Shown one piece after another: positions 29,143 through 50,483 of a stretch of 64,000 nucleotides of DNA (the stretch's first letter is position 1; every line of letters starts with the position of its first letter). Origin of the DNA: the human T2T-CHM13v2.0 reference genome, Homo sapiens; assembly GCF_009914755.1 (NCBI RefSeq), contig NC_060930.1. One strand, written 5' to 3'. Below the pieces are notes generated by a model. That model saw nothing but the letters and a program-made list of their open reading frames with translations. It searched no databases and was not told the origin of the DNA. The position numbers and the translations under genes are program-made.

Positions 29143-29375
29143 CTAGAAGAAGCCACGTTTGCTTTCCAAGTTACTTTTGTGATTTCCCTGGTGATCGGTG
29201 GCAGCTTGCTCTCTACGTTTGCAGCTTCTGCTTGCTGCTGAGTGATAGGAGATGAATGATGAGGAGGCACCGTGTGAGCTTTCTTGCTGAGCACCACTAG
29301 GAGCCACTGAGACTCCACAGCCATGTGGCCTCTGAAGAGCTAGGCTCTGTGACACACTTGGCAGACTGGAGCTCA
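29143..29375 (-). other. Candidate exon (233 nt; first or internal)
   Basis: Donor TCTAG|GTAAGA at 29143; possible acceptor gtatttcccaccAG at 29377-29376; unique sequence, richer in GC and CpG than its flanks. Confidence 0.45.
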
Positions 29376-29604
29376 CTGGTGGGAAATACCAATCTCCATT
29401 GTTGCTGCCTGTGGAAATTGTACACTAAATGGCAAAATGGGAGTGTAGTACCCCTCCGTTATGCATGCAGATTCACTTAAACAAATTATACTTTAAATAT
29501 AGCATCAATCGTATTATTAAATAACATATATGCTTCTTCCATTCTGGTAGATAATAAGAATTTAAGTGAGGTTTTTAAAGCACACAAAACAAAAGTTATT
29601 TTAA

Positions 29605-30012
29605 CCAAGCACAGAAAGGTAAATACCATATTATCTCAGTTTTATGTGGAATCTAAAAAAGTTGAACTTATAGAAGCAGAGAGTAGAACGGTGATTTCTA
29701 GGGGCTGGGGGAAGGGAGGAGCAGGATTGGGAATATGTTGGTCAAAGGGTCAAGGGATAAAAAATTTAAATTAGTTAAGGAGGAATAAGTTCAAGAAATT
29801 TATATGGTACTACACATAGTCAATGACAATGTGTAGTAGACTTTAAAATTGCCGAGAGTAGATTTTAAGTGTTCTTACTACACGAAAAAGTGTGTGCAGT
29901 AATGCATATGTTAATGAGTTTTAGTCATTCTACAATGCATACATATTTCAAACCATGATACTGTTAACCATAAATACACATAATTTTTATTTGTCAATTA
30001 CAAAATAAAAAT
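29605..30012 (+). mobile_element. L1MA (5-8 type) 3'UTR
   Basis: tgtggaatctaaaaaagttgaact...gagagtagattttaagtgttct...tttttatttgtcaatta; TSD-like aagtt(t)attttaa. Confidence 0.85.
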
Positions 30013-31163
30013 TTTGAAGTTATTTTAAGACCCTTTAACAAATTTTATTAAATGCCTACTCTGTCCCAGACTCCGCCAGTCCCTTTCTCATATGTCATCT
30101 CTTTCTTTCTACAACTCATCGACAACAGGGTAAGGGTTAGAACCCAAGTTTTTGAACCAAACATGGGATACCAAAGTGCCACACTGGCTTTGTGACCTTA
30201 ATTGGAAATCTTTCTCAGGGCTGTTTGGTAGGCATTATGCAATATGTTTTGAACCAATTTGCTAAAACCGAGAACCAGAACAGTTTGCTTTTAATTTCTT
30301 TCAGAGACATTGTGTGGAATTAAAAGTTCCTGCATTGAACACAATGAGACTTTTCACTTTGGCAGTGAGTATACACAACCTCAATAGGGGCTGTCCACAG
30401 TGACTATTTTCTTTAGAAGGAGAAACAAGCCAAAGTTAATGATAACTCCCTCCTAAACAGAACTAAACTGAACCACCCAGCTTAACTTCCCTAGGGAGAA
30501 CCTGCGTCATATTGAACACAAATATTTACCTAGATGGACTTGAAAAGGAACCCAAGACTCCTTCCGGGTGTGGATTACCAACCTACATAAAAGAGCTGGG
30601 CACTCACAATGCAGCCATAATGACCAGGCTGAAGACTAGTCACTGAAATGGCAATTCAATGTTCTGATGTGGCACTAAGTTATAGTTTATATAAATATTA
30701 TGTAACTAAATAATAGAAAATAGGAAAAAAAATATATGTAGAAACAAGCCAGCAAGAATTTCACTAAACTTTTCAGTCCTTTATTATAGTACTGGGAATT
30801 ATCTAGGAACTCAACTTTACTGGGTAAATTCCGCAAAGACATGTTTGCATCATCCCTGCCTTTATAATGAGAAGCAGTAATAGACATGATGTGTATACCA
30901 CATAATGTAATTCCGTAATAAGTGTGCTACAGGGAAGACGAGGCTGGGTCACAGGCCTTGAAGAGCCTAACAATGGATGACCTGCCACTTCACAGAGCTG
31001 TGGGAGATCTGGCCCTGCCACAGCCTCCGGAGGCCATGGAACCCCTGACTAGTGCTCAAGTCTTGCTTATTAGGAAAGGTATACCTGCAGTGTCATCACA
31101 GACCCTGTAAGATGCTAAAAAATAAATTAAAACCACCTGCACCTCCTTAGAGTACAACTCCCG

Positions 31164-31763
31164 CAGGATTGGCTACCTAACTTGCAGGGCACAGTGAAAA
31201 ATGAAAATGTGGGGATTCTTATTCAAAAAGAAAAAAAAAAGCCATTTTTTCTTTTTTTCTGAAGTCTTTTTCTCAACCTGTCATGGTGGGTTTTTTTTTG
31301 TTTTTTTTTTTTTTGCCATTTAATGTCCTGCTTCTTTGAGCACAGAGACACTCACTAGGCAAGTACAGATCTTCATAGGCGTGAAGTCCCCAACTCTCTC
31401 CAACCTCTCCAACTCAGCACATGGGGTTTGCACACCTGCCTCTGACTCTCCTCAAATCTGTACCCAGCCCACCGTGGTGGGGACATATGGGGACAGTGAT
31501 CTCCAGGCAGAGGCAGGGGAATGAGCAGCTGAGAACCTGTCCCTGGGAGAAGCCTCATGACAAGAAGCAGGACCTTGTGTGAAGCAGGCTCCAAGACCTT
31601 CTACACCCTCTATGGTCCCATCAGACATCACTTATAAAACACAAATTTAAAGATAAAATTAAGAAAATCAAGATGGTGACTGCATTTCATAAAACCCAAG
31701 TGTAGAACGAGCACATAGCCCAGTACAACCACACAGGCCATGCCCAAGAAGACAGAATATCTG
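31164..31763 (-). mobile_element. MER45B/C-like hAT-Tip100 element
   Basis: Ends match the MER45 termini in reverse: gcagggcacagtgaaaaatgaaaatgtgggg ... tcaagatggtgactgca. Confidence 0.75.
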
Positions 31764-32477
31764 GCTAAACCCTGAAGGTTTCTCAGAGCACTTACTTGCT
31801 GAAGATTAGCTATTCTGTTTAGAAATTAATTGGTCACTGATGTTAGTCTAACTAAAAGGAGCAAAGGGACACTGTCCAAAAAAACTCCTAAAGCAAAAAT
31901 GCCAGCCAATGTGCCCCAGAGCTACAAAGGTAGCTCTCCTAATTTTGAATTTACCAGTAAATAAAATGAGTTCAGGGATCTAAAATCTTAACCTTGGGTG
32001 CCGGAATTTGTAATGATCATTAGGATGAACTTTTAAGTAGAAAAACTCCGAGTTTCTTAGTTGAGAAGCTAAAGTCAAAGTAGTTAATGAAAGAAAACTA
32101 ATGAGATAAACAGTACAGAAGCTACGAAATAATGGAAATTCAAACAGACAAATAGGGGTTATCTTATCAGCTGGGCCAAGAAACCAGAGGGTCAGAGAAG
32201 CAGCTCTGGATGCCTGGAAAATAAAATGTTAAGAATAAGAAAGAAAAATGCAAGCACCATAACGGCCTTGAATTCTGAGCTAGGAATGGGACAAAAATTC
32301 AGATAAGCTTAAAAAGAACAATCATGGGTCTTGCATTTTTAGAAATAGTTCACATGTCATCCTCAATGGATTATAAAGCTCAAAAATAACCCAGAACTCT
32401 TGACACTGAAACTACAGAACTGAGATATTAGTTTAAGTGTTTTAAGTTGGATATCATGCCTAATTGTCAAGACCACC

Positions 32478-32881
32478 TGCTGAGGTTTGGGTGCGGTTTG
32501 CCTACATCAGAACTCATGTTGAAATTTTATTCCCAGTGTGGTAGTGATGGGAGGTGGGGCCTAGCTAGGAGGTGTTTGGCTCCCAGCGGTGGATCCTTCA
32601 TGGATAGATTAATGATCTTTTGAGAATGAGTTCTTCCTCTTGTGGGACTGAATTAATTACCAAGACAGCAAGTTGCTCCTCCCTGTGTTTGGTCCCTTTG
32701 CGCTCACCCTGCTCCACCTTCTGCTTTCTGCCATGAGTAGAAACAGCTGAGGCCCTCAACAGATGTGCTGCCCAATCTTGGATTTCCCAGCCTCTCCAGA
32801 ATCTTGAGCCAAATAAACTTTTCTTAATAAATTACCCAGTCTCGGGTATTCTGTCATAGCAACACTGAATGGAATAAGACA
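32478..32881 (+). mobile_element. MST-family MaLR solo LTR
   Basis: TG...CA ends; 5-bp TSD ccacc at 32473-32477 and 32882-32886; aaattacccagtctcgggtattc. Confidence 0.92.
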
Positions 32882-33560
32882 CCACCCTTCATTAACTTCA
32901 TTTTGCATGTGGGAAGCCAGAGCTTAAAATGGGTACCTGGCCCAGAGTCTCATAAGTGGTACACAGAAACAGAGCCTAGTGTGACTCAATCAGCCTGCCT
33001 CTGTGTCTGCACTACTAGTCTCTACATTTCCTCATACTCACAGCACAGACTGCTTTGTATGGCCTTAAGAGGCACAAGAAGCATTTGTTAAGCCTTGTGT
33101 CCTGATTTTTGAATTGGCAATTGTAATCACTAAAACACAAGAACTTAAACAATGAAGCTAATGAAAAGCAGAGGATTCAAAGAAATTTTACTTCTCTTTT
33201 CTCTCTTCTTTCTACACTAACTATTCCTCTTAGCTTTTCTAAGCCCCCATGTCCTATTTGTAAAATAAAAATAATAAAGTTTTCCTCTTAGTATTATTTT
33301 GGGGATTAAAGCAGATAATATATATAGATTGTTTAGCACAGCACTCAATAAAACTTACCATTATTAATACACAATTAGTTTTAATACCACTGTTAGTAGC
33401 GATTTGGGCATGGAAAAAATTTGTTGAATGTTCTTACTTTTAGCAAGACTAAAAGTAAGAAAAAGCAGAGCAGTATACTGAGGTGGGTCAAAGAAAATTA
33501 CAAATTGTGGACTTAATGATAATTAAAACCTGCATTGTGCTACAAATATACAAAGAAGCA

Positions 33561-33843
33561 AGCCAGACACAGTGGCTCACGCCTATAATCCCAGTACTTT
33601 GGGAGGCGGAGGCAAATGGATTGCCTTGGCCCAGGAGTTCGAGACCAGCCTAGGTGACTTGGCAAAACCCTGTCTCCACAAAAAATACAAAAAAATTAGC
33701 CATGCATGGTGGGACATGCCTATAGTTCCAGCTACTTGAGCCCGGGAGGCAGAGGTTGCCGTGAGCCATGATCACACCACTGAACTCCAGCCTGGGTAAA
33801 GAGACCCTGTTTCAAATATATATGTAAAATAAAACATATGTAT
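33561..33843 (+). mobile_element. AluJ-type with a small right-arm deletion
   Basis: gcccaggagttcgag; ctact|tgagccc junction; TSD aaagaagca. Confidence 0.92.
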
Positions 33844-34054
33844 AAAGAAGCACACTGAATGTGTTTTATTATCTAGGCTATATTCTCCTGATTCTTTCTG
33901 GGGCTCCTCTTATCCCATATAGGACGAATTTATTAGTCATACAGAAAGGAATCCAATGGAAGACCTATGTCTCAGTGTACTAGGATCCAAATGTTGCCAA
34001 TTTATTACCTCTAAAATTTATTCATGAAAAATTTCACATCAATTGGTTTATTTT

Positions 34055-34443
<389 letters not shown>

Positions 34444-34769
34444 CAGTTCCATCATTCTTATATTTTACTTATCATCTCACATGAGTAAAAGTTTGATCTT
34501 TTCCAATTTCTGGCACAGTAAAACACAAAAGAGGATGTTTGAAACAGGTTTAATTTGTTAATTTAAGGCTATGAAACACTTCCTAATATTCCCTTAGTGA
34601 ACTTTTTTTCTGATCCCTACTAGTTCGACTTCTTTTAGTTTAGAGGTTTTAGTCCTCAAGAGAAAACACATCAACGAAGAAACCTAGCAAGAATCCTACT
34701 GAATACTAAGCTATACCTGCTGTCCAAGCACTACAGGCAACACATGCCAAAGGACTAGCAGGTAAAAAA

Positions 34770-37577
<2,808 letters not shown>

Positions 37578-37966
37578 TATTACTTTGACTAACAGTAAAC
37601 TCGTTATCCAAATAATCATATCCTTTCATTTTCAGGCCTAACTTTATTTGATGAGTCAAGTGGACTTAAAGAGAGATGGGGCTTGGTCTGTTTTGCCAAT
37701 GCTACACAAATGAGGGCTAGCCACTGGCAAAGGGACCTAGTAGCAAGAGGCTGAGAGGTTTTCTTCTCCAGGTAAAGATGAGGAGGTAGAGCAGGAGCTT
37801 CTCCTATTAGGAGCTGTGATGTTGAGGGTGTCTCAAAGGATACCCTCAAAAATCTCATGGATGATCCCCTTAAGACAGCTAACATTTTCATGTTTACCAC
37901 ACAGACTGCATTCACCAGCCAGGATGGGTCAAAGATGATACAAATATATACAACAGAGAACTGTAG

Positions 37967-38372
37967 GCAGTGGTTTGCTAGTAAACGTTTGACAACCAGA
38001 AATCAATGCAGAGGGGAAAAAGCACTGATACGTAATGTTTGCTTATTTCCATTGTATAAACACACCGACCATGTGTGATTTTAAGCTATCAGTGGGATAT
38101 GACTGATTGGAGTTGGAAGACATAAGCAACAGCATATAGTTACAAAAGTATTTCCACCATATAAAAGTGTGATACACCTAAATAACCATAAAAGAATAGA
38201 TAATAGTAAGACAGTAAAATAATTAGGAAGTGACATGTTGTTAGCATTTATTGCCTGTTTTCAATATAATTTGATATAATTTGGTTTTAATAATAACATT
38301 TAACAATTGGCACATAAAATTTCTGTAACTTTAATAATCAGCTGATACAAGTCAACTCTAGGACATCATCTG
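37967..38372. mobile_element. MER63B-like hAT-Blackjack fossil
   Basis: cagtggtttgctagtaaacgtttgacaacc ... gattttaagcta ... ggagttggaaga. Confidence 0.7.
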
Positions 38373-38515
38373 AGGCAGGACCAGTTCAGAAAAAAATACT
38401 TTGCTTCTATTCCCTCATTCCTCTTACCAGTCTCCAATACAAAAAGCTAAAAGCAGAAGAGGAAGAGAGAGAAAAAAAAATTTTGTCCCCAGGCCAGATA
38501 AAAAAGGAAAGGGGA

Positions 38516-38895
38516 TGTATTAATCCATTTTAATACTGTCCGTTTTCATACCCCTGAGACTGGGTAATTTATAAAGGAAAAAGGTTTAATTGACTCACAG
38601 TTCAGCATAGCTGTGGAGGCCTCAGAAAACTTACAATCACGGTGGAAGGTGAAAAGAAAGCAAGGCAGTTTCTTCACAAGGGGGCAGGAAAGAGAAGTGC
38701 CAAGTGAAAGAGGAAGAGCCTCTTAGAAAACCATCAGATCTCGTGAGAATTCACTCACTATCACAAGAACAACATGGGGAAAACCGACCCCATGATTCAA
38801 TTACCTTCACCTGGTCTCTGCCTTGACACGTGGGGTTTATGGGGATTAAAATTCTAGATAAGATTTGGGTGGGGACACAAAGCCTAACCATATTA
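38516..38895 (-). mobile_element. THE1 (THE1C/D-like) solo LTR
   Basis: gagactgggtaatttataaag...ccatcagatctcgtgagaa...atttgggtggggacaca; 5-bp TSD gggga. Confidence 0.93.
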
Positions 38896-38902
38896 GGGGA
38901 AA

Positions 38903-39419
38903 TGTTCCAGTTATCTACTGCTACATAATAAACTACCCCAAAAAGTAGTGGCTTTTCTTTCACGGGTATGAAGGTTGACTGGAATCAGCTGGGTAATTCT
39001 TCTGCTCCATGTGAAATTCGCTGCAGCTGCAATCATCTGGCTTGACTAAGCTCTCATACCCAAGATACATAGCTGGTCCCTTGGTAGAGAGAGCTGGAAG
39101 ATGGGGCTGAGCTGGTACTTTGGAATAACGGGGTCTCTCTCTGTCTCTCCTTGAAAGCTCAGGGTTTCTCCCTCTCCATGTGGTCTCTCTATATGATATG
39201 TGGACATGCCAGATTTCTTAAATGGTGGCTCAATGTTTCCAAAATCACAAAAGAAGAAGCTTCTAGGCCTTCTAATGACTTAGGCACAGAACCAGCTCAG
39301 GATCCTTTCCACTGCATTCTATTGTTTAATGAGTCACAGGCCAAGTGCAGATTCGATGCAGAAGGGGACATAGAAGGGAATGATCCATTGAGGGCCAGCT
39401 TTGGAGATGAGCTACCACA
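38903..39419 (-). mobile_element. MaLR LTR (MLT1H-like)
   Basis: tgttccagttatctactgct...ttccactgcattctattg...agtcacaggcc...ctaccaca. Confidence 0.75.
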
Positions 39420-39836
39420 GGATGGGAATGCATAGGTGGGAATAAGGAGACAAAATTTGAATTGAATTTGAAATTAGAAGTTTACTTTTCATATTGGACC
39501 AGATTGAGTTTTTAAATAACTGAAAATGACAGGAAATAAAGTATTCTAGACAAATGTTATTAAGGGATGGGAAAGGAATATTATACATAACAGGTTAGAG
39601 GGCATTTGGAATAATATAAAATATGGTATACCCCTATTTGGTTTAAATGATTCAAAAAACCAACTACATAAAACTGCATAAATATTAATGATGATTACAA
39701 GTCATTAAACTAGCATACCAAAATTGAGGTAAGTAGAGGTGTTTTATTAATCTATGTTAACTCTTACTTTTAAGAATGAACATCTTAATTTCTATCTGAA
39801 TAGTGTGTGATCTGACAAATGTTTTATATTTATTAC

Positions 39837-40157
<321 letters not shown>

Positions 40158-40647
40158 TAGCATAAAACTCAGCATGTAGCCCAGTCTTCCATAAATTTTT
40201 GCAGCTTTTTCAAATATGGAAATTATGGAAAAGTAAAGTATTCTTTGGTATATACTCACATTTTGCTTAATTTTGAACAGGTTAAGAAACAATGCTTGGA
40301 ATTCACAGTATCAGATACTTTCCTTGAACAATACATTGCAGTATATTTTTAAAGTATGACTGGGAATAATAGACTAATAAAATTTTTCTCTGTAGTGGTA
40401 ACATATTTCCTTAGTTTTTCACAGTTTGAGAAACACCTTCAGGTATAATATTTCATTCTAGCCTTGAACAACATTGAATGGTAGAGCTTACTGCCTCCAC
40501 ATTGCAGAGAAAGAAAACAGGGCCTCCATATCAGCCCTCTTTTTAACCTTCTTATTCGTGCTGATGCAATAATTCCTCCCACAAACATGCATTTGATTAG
40601 AAACTACTCTAAGAATTTTAGATTTTAAATGCTAAAGAATAAAGAGA

Positions 40648-41023
<376 letters not shown>

Positions 41024-41904
41024 TTATGTCTCAGTAAGGAGATACTTTAGACTTTAAAAAGATAAAAGAATGAAAGAAAGCAATAATAATAATAAAACAC
41101 ATAACTAGGTACTGTTGAAGATTGTTTGGAACTAAGATCTCTGGTCTATTTTTATGAATAATTCTCTTCGTGTTATGTCAGGTGAGTCATTTTTCTTTCT
41201 ATGAATCATATTTGTTGTGATGGTTCAATATTTACTGACTACTTATAACACACAAAGCACAATCCCTGAAGGTGTGATAACACAGCCACCTGGGGGTTCA
41301 TTCTCTCTCTACTTTTGTTAACTTACGCAAGTTCCAAGAGACTAGGAGATAATGACAATCAGTACAATAGTAGAGTGAGAATAACATTGACTACTTACTG
41401 ATGAGGTGAACTTTGAAATGAGTTGTGCAGGAAAGAAACAGTTGCCAACATATGAGAATAGATCTCTGTCCTACCGGAAGAGATTTAGGTTAGCAGTCAT
41501 AGGGTTAATCAAGGAGATTTGGTGTAAAAAGGGAGAAAATGGCAGTTGGCTTTAAAAGAGAGCCCATAACTTCCCCTTTTTGCCACTGTCACTTTACTCA
41601 GAGGGTTATAGGTTCAGGCATTAATGGAGCCCTGTTGCAGAGGATGGACACTTGGCATGATCAGGGATGCATGTGTGTCCCTACAGAGTACCCTCTGATT
41701 CTCCCTTTTTTACTCTTAACATTTTATTGCTTCTTTTTTTCTCTCTCTTGGAATGGCCCTACTCTGAGCAGGCTTGGGGCGAATAGCTTAGATTCATCAC
41801 TAGCTCTCAGAGAGAAATGTCCTTCCCTTCTCCTTGTAGGTGTGTTATTCATTAGGTGCTTCTTTGTGCTGCCCCATGCCCCAGTTCCAGGAAACTGCAA
41901 CGCA

Positions 41905-44678
41905 AAGCTACACCCTCCCAAGACTGAATCAGGAAGAAATTGAACCCCTGAACAGACCAATAATGAGCTCCAAAAATGAGTCAGTAATAAATATCCTACC
42001 AACCAAAAAAAGCCAAGGACCAGGTGGATCCACAGCTGAATTTTCTACCAGATGTGCAAAGAAGAGCTGATACCATTTCTGCTGAAACTATTCCCAAAAA
42101 AACTGAGGAAGAGGGACTCCTCCCTAACTAAATCTCTGAGGCCAACTTACCCTGATAGCAAAACCTGGCAGAGACACAATGAATAAGGAACACTTCAAGC
42201 CAATATACTTGATGAACATCAATGTAAAAATCCTCAATGAAATACTGACAAACCAAATCCCACAGCACATCAAAAAGTATATCTGCCACAATCAAATAGG
42301 CTTTATTCCTGGGATATCAGGTTGGTTCAACATACACAAATCAATAAATGTGATTCATCACATCAACAGAACCAAAGACCAATACCACATGATTATCTTA
42401 ATAGATACAGAAAAGGCTTTTGATAAAATTCAACACTCCTTCATTATGAAAAACTTTCAGCACACTAGGTATTGAAGGAACATACTTCAAAATAATAAGA
42501 GCCATCTATGACAAAACCAGAGCCGACATCATACTGAAAGGGCAAAAGCTGGAAGCATTCCCCTTGAAAACCTGCACAAGAAAAGGATGCCCTCTCTCAC
42601 CACTCCTATTCTAAATGGCCTTGGAAATCCTGTCCAGGGCAATCAGACAAGAGAAAGAAATAAAGGGAATCCAAATAAAAAGAGAGGAAGTCAAACTATC
42701 CCTGTTGGCAGACAACATGATCCTATATCTAGAAAACCCCATAATCTCAGTCCAAAAGCTCCTTAAGTTGATAAATAAGTTGAGCAAAGTCTCAGGATAA
42801 AAAATAATGTGCAAAAATCACAAAAATATTCCTATACACCAACAGTCAAGCTGAGAGCCAACTTAGGAATGCAACCTCATTCACGATTGCAACAAAAAAT
42901 AAAGTAAAATACCTAATAATACAGCTAACCAGGGAAATGAAATATCTCTACAAAGAGAAGTACAAAACACTGTACAAAGAAATAAGGGATGACACAAACA
43001 CATGGAAATACATTCCATGCTAATGGATTGGAGGACTTGATATTGTTAAAGTGGCTATAGTCTCCAAAGCAATTTATAGATTCAATGCTATTCCTATTAA
43101 ACTACCATTGAAATTCTTCACAGAACTAGAGAAAACTTTTAAAATTCATATGGAACCAAAAAAGAGCACAAATAGCCAAGGCAATTCTAAGCAAAAGGAA
43201 AAAAGCTAGAGGTATCATGCTACCCAATGTCAAACTGTACTACAAGGCTACAGTAATCAAAACAGCATGGTACTGATACAAAAACAGACACACAGACCAA
43301 TGGAACAGAATAGAGAAGCCAGAAATAAGGCCACATACCTACAACTATCTGATCTTTGACAGATCTGACAAAAAGAAGCAATGGTAAAAGAATTCTCTAT
43401 TCAATAAATGGTGCTGGGATAACTGGCTAGCCATATGCAGAAGATTGAAACTGGACCCCTTCCTTACACCATGTACAAAAATTAACTCAAGATGAATTAA
43501 AGGCTTAAGTGTAAAACCCAAAACTATAAAAACCCTGGAAGACAACCTAGGCAATATCATTCTGGGCATAAGAATGGGCAAAGATTTCATGACAAAGGCA
43601 CCAAAAGCAATTGCAACAAAAGCAAAAATGAATAAATGGGGTCTAATTAAATTTTAGAGATTCTGCTCAGCCAAATAAATAAATAAATAAAACATCAATG
43701 AAATAAACAGACAACCTACAGAATGGGAGAAATTTTCCACAAACTATGCATCTGACAAAGGAACTAAAGGAACATCTATAAGGAACTTAAACAAATTTAC
43801 AAGCAAAAAAAAAAAAAAAGAACTTCATTAAAAAGTGGACAAAAGACAGGAACAGTCACTTTTCAAAAGAAGATGTGCATGCAGCCAATAATGATATTTT
43901 TTAAAAAAAGCTCAACATCACTAATCACTAGAGAAATTCAAATCAAAAGCACATTGAGATACCATCTCATACCAGTCAGAATGGCTATTAGTAAAAAGTC
44001 AAAAAAGTAACAGATGCTGGTAAGATTGTGGAGAAGAAGGAACACTTATATACTGTTAGTGGGAGTGTAAATTAGTTTAACCATTGTGGAAGACAGTGTG
44101 GCAATTTCTCAAAGACCTAAAGACAGAAATGCCATTTGACCCAGCAATTCCATTACTGGGTACATACCCAAGGTAATACAAATCATTCTATTATAAAGAC
44201 ACATGCATGCCTATGTTCACTGCAGCACCATTCACAATAGCAAAGACATGGAATCAACCTAAATGCCCATCACTGATAGACTGGATAAAGAAAATGTTGT
44301 ACATATACACCATGGAATACTATGCAGCCATAAAAAGAATGAGATCATGTTCTTTGCAGCAACATGGATGGAGTTGGAGGCCATTATCCTTAGCAAACTA
44401 ACTCAGGCACAGAAAACCAAATACTGCATGTTCTCACTTATAAGTGCGAGCTAAATGATGAGAACACATGGATACACAAAGGGAAACAATAGATACTAGG
44501 GTTTCCTTGAGAGTGCAGGGTGAGAGGTAGGAGAAGATCAGGAAAAATAAGTAATGAGTACTACGTTTAATACCTGGGTGACAAAATAATCTTACAACAA
44601 ACCCCCATGACACAAGTTTACCTATATAACAAATCTACACATGTACCCTTGAACATAAAATAAAGGTTAAATAAAAAG
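41905..44678 (+). mobile_element. 5'-truncated L1PA12-15-type element (degenerate RT to 3'UTR)
   Basis: [24 protein letters not shown]; 3'UTR atcaggaaaaataa...aacccccatgacacaagttt. Confidence 0.93.
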
Positions 44679-45136
44679 AAAATCTTTCGGGGGGAGGAGC
44701 CAAGATGGCCGAATAGAAACAGCTCCGGTCTACAGCTCCCAGCATGAGCGACGCAGAAGACGGGTGATTTCTGCATTTCCATCTGAGGTACCGGGTTCAT
44801 CTCACTAGGGAGTGCCAGAAAGTGGGCGCAGGTCAGTGGGTGCGTGCACCATGTGCGAGCCGAAGCAGGGCGAGGCATTGCCTCACTTGGGAAGCGCAAG
44901 GGGTCAGGGAGTTCCCTTTCCAAGTCACAGAAAGGGGTGACGCACCTGGAAAATCGGGTCACTCCCACCCGAATACTGTGCTTTTCCGACTGGCTTAAAA
45001 AACGGCACACCATGAGATAATATCCCGCACCTGGCTCAGAGGGTCCTACGTCCACGGAGTCTCGCTGATTGCTAGCACAGCAGTCTGAGATCAAACTGCA
45101 AGGCGGCAGCGAGGCTGGGGGAGGGGCGCCCGCCAT
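44618..45136 (-). CDS. ORF0: L1 ORF0 homologue extended to 172 aa by a frameshift
   Basis: MAGAPPPASLPPCSLISDCCASNQRDSV... from ATG 45136; a 4-nt loss at ggtgacgcacc (about 44936-44946) bypasses the usual stop. Expression not shown. Confidence 0.55.
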   Translation of the reverse strand: MAGAPPPASLPPCSLISDCCASNQRDSVDVGPSEPGAGYYLMVCRFLSQSEKHSIRVGVTRFSRCVTPFCDLERELPDPLRFPSEAMPRPASARTWCTHPLTCAHFLALPSEMNPVPQMEMQKSPVFCVAHAGSCRPELFLFGHLGSSPRKIFFLFNLYFMFKGTCVDLLYR

Positions 45137-45590
45137 TGCCCAGGCTTGCTTAGGTAAACAAAGCAGCTGGGAAGCTCCAAATGGGTGGAGCCCACCACAG
45201 CTCAAGGAGGCCTGCCTGCCTCTGTAGGCTCCACCTCTGGGGGCAGGGCACAGACAACAAAAAGACAGCAGTAACCTCTGCAGACTTAAATGTCCCTGTC
45301 TGACAGCTTTGAAGAGAGCAGTGGTTCTCCCAGCACGCAGCTCGAGATCTGAGAACGGGCAGACTGCCTCCTCAAGTGAGTCCCTGACCCCTGACCCCCC
45401 AGCAGCCTAACTGGGAGGCACCCCCCAGCAGGGGCACACTGACACCTCACAGGGCAGCGTATTCCAACAGACCTGCAACTGAGGGTCCTGTCTGTTAGAA
45501 GGAAAACTAACAAACAGAAAGGACATCCACACCAAAAACCCATCTGTACATCACCATCGTCAAAAACCAAAAGTAGATAAAACTACAAAG
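44689..45590. promoter_or_regulatory. L1 5'UTR carrying the sense promoter and antisense promoter (ASP)
   Basis: YY1 site caagatggcc at 44701-44710; CpG-rich; short form lacking the 129-bp segment. Confidence 0.85.
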
Positions 45591-46607
45591 ATGGGGAAAA
45601 AACAGAACAGAAAAACTGGAAACTCTAAAAAGCAGAGCGCCTCTCCTCCTCCAAAGGAACGCAGTTCCTCACCAGCAACAGAACAAAGCTGGATGGAGAA
45701 TGACTTTGACGAGCTAAGAGGAGAAGGCTTCAGACGATCAAATTACTCTGAGCTACAGGAGGACATTCAAACCAAAGGCAAACAAGTTGAAAACTTTGAA
45801 AAAAATTTAGAAGAATGTATAACTAGAATAACCAATACAGAGAAGTGCTTAAAGGAGCTGATGGAGCTGAAAACCAAGGCTCAAGAACTACATGAAGAAT
45901 GCAGAAGCCTCAGGAGCCGATGCAATCAACTGGAAGAAAGGGTATCAGCAATGGAAGATGAAATGAATGAAATGAAGCGAGAAGGGAAGTTTAGGGAAAA
46001 AAGAATCAAAAGAAATGAGCAAAGCCTCCAAGAAATATGGGACTATGTGAAAAGACCAAATCTACGTCTGATTGGTGTACCTGAAAGTGATGCGGAGAAT
46101 GGAACCAAGTTGGAAAACACTCTGCAGGATATTATCCAGGAGAACTTCCCCAATCTAGCAAGGCAGGCCAACATTCAGATTCAGGAAATACAGAGAACGC
46201 CACAAAGATACTCCTCGAGAAGAGCAACTCCAAGCCACATAATTGTCAGATTCACCAAAGTTGAAATGAAGGAAAACATGTTAAGGGCAGCCAGAAAGAA
46301 AGGTCGGGTTACCCTCAAAGGGAAGCCCATCAGACTAACAGCGGATCTCTCGGCAGAAAGCCTACAAGCCTGAAGAGAGTGGGGGCCGATATTCAACATT
46401 CTTAAAGAGAAAAATTTTCAACCCACAATTTCATATCCAGCCAAACTAAGCTTCATAAGCGAAGGAGAAATAAAATACTTTACAGACAAGCAAATGCTGA
46501 GAGATTTTGTCACCACCAGGCCTGCCCTAAAAGACCTCCTGAAGGAAGCGCTAAACATGGAAAGGAACAACCGGTACCACCCACTGCAAAATCATGCCAA
46601 AATATAA
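45591..46607 (+). pseudogene. ORF1: L1 ORF1p (338 codons) with a nonsense mutation at R261
   Basis: MGKKQNRKTG...; TGA at 46371-46373 where AGA is expected; normal end at 46607. Confidence 0.95.
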
Positions 46608-46655
46608 AGACCATCGAGACTAGGAAGAAACTGCATCAACTAACGAGCAAAATAA

Positions 46656-50483
<3,828 letters not shown>

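Noticed and set aside
29139-29324. 61-aa ORF MAVESQW... as a known protein
   Set aside because: Not recognised, and it stops immediately whether unspliced or spliced to the candidate exons; at most a uORF
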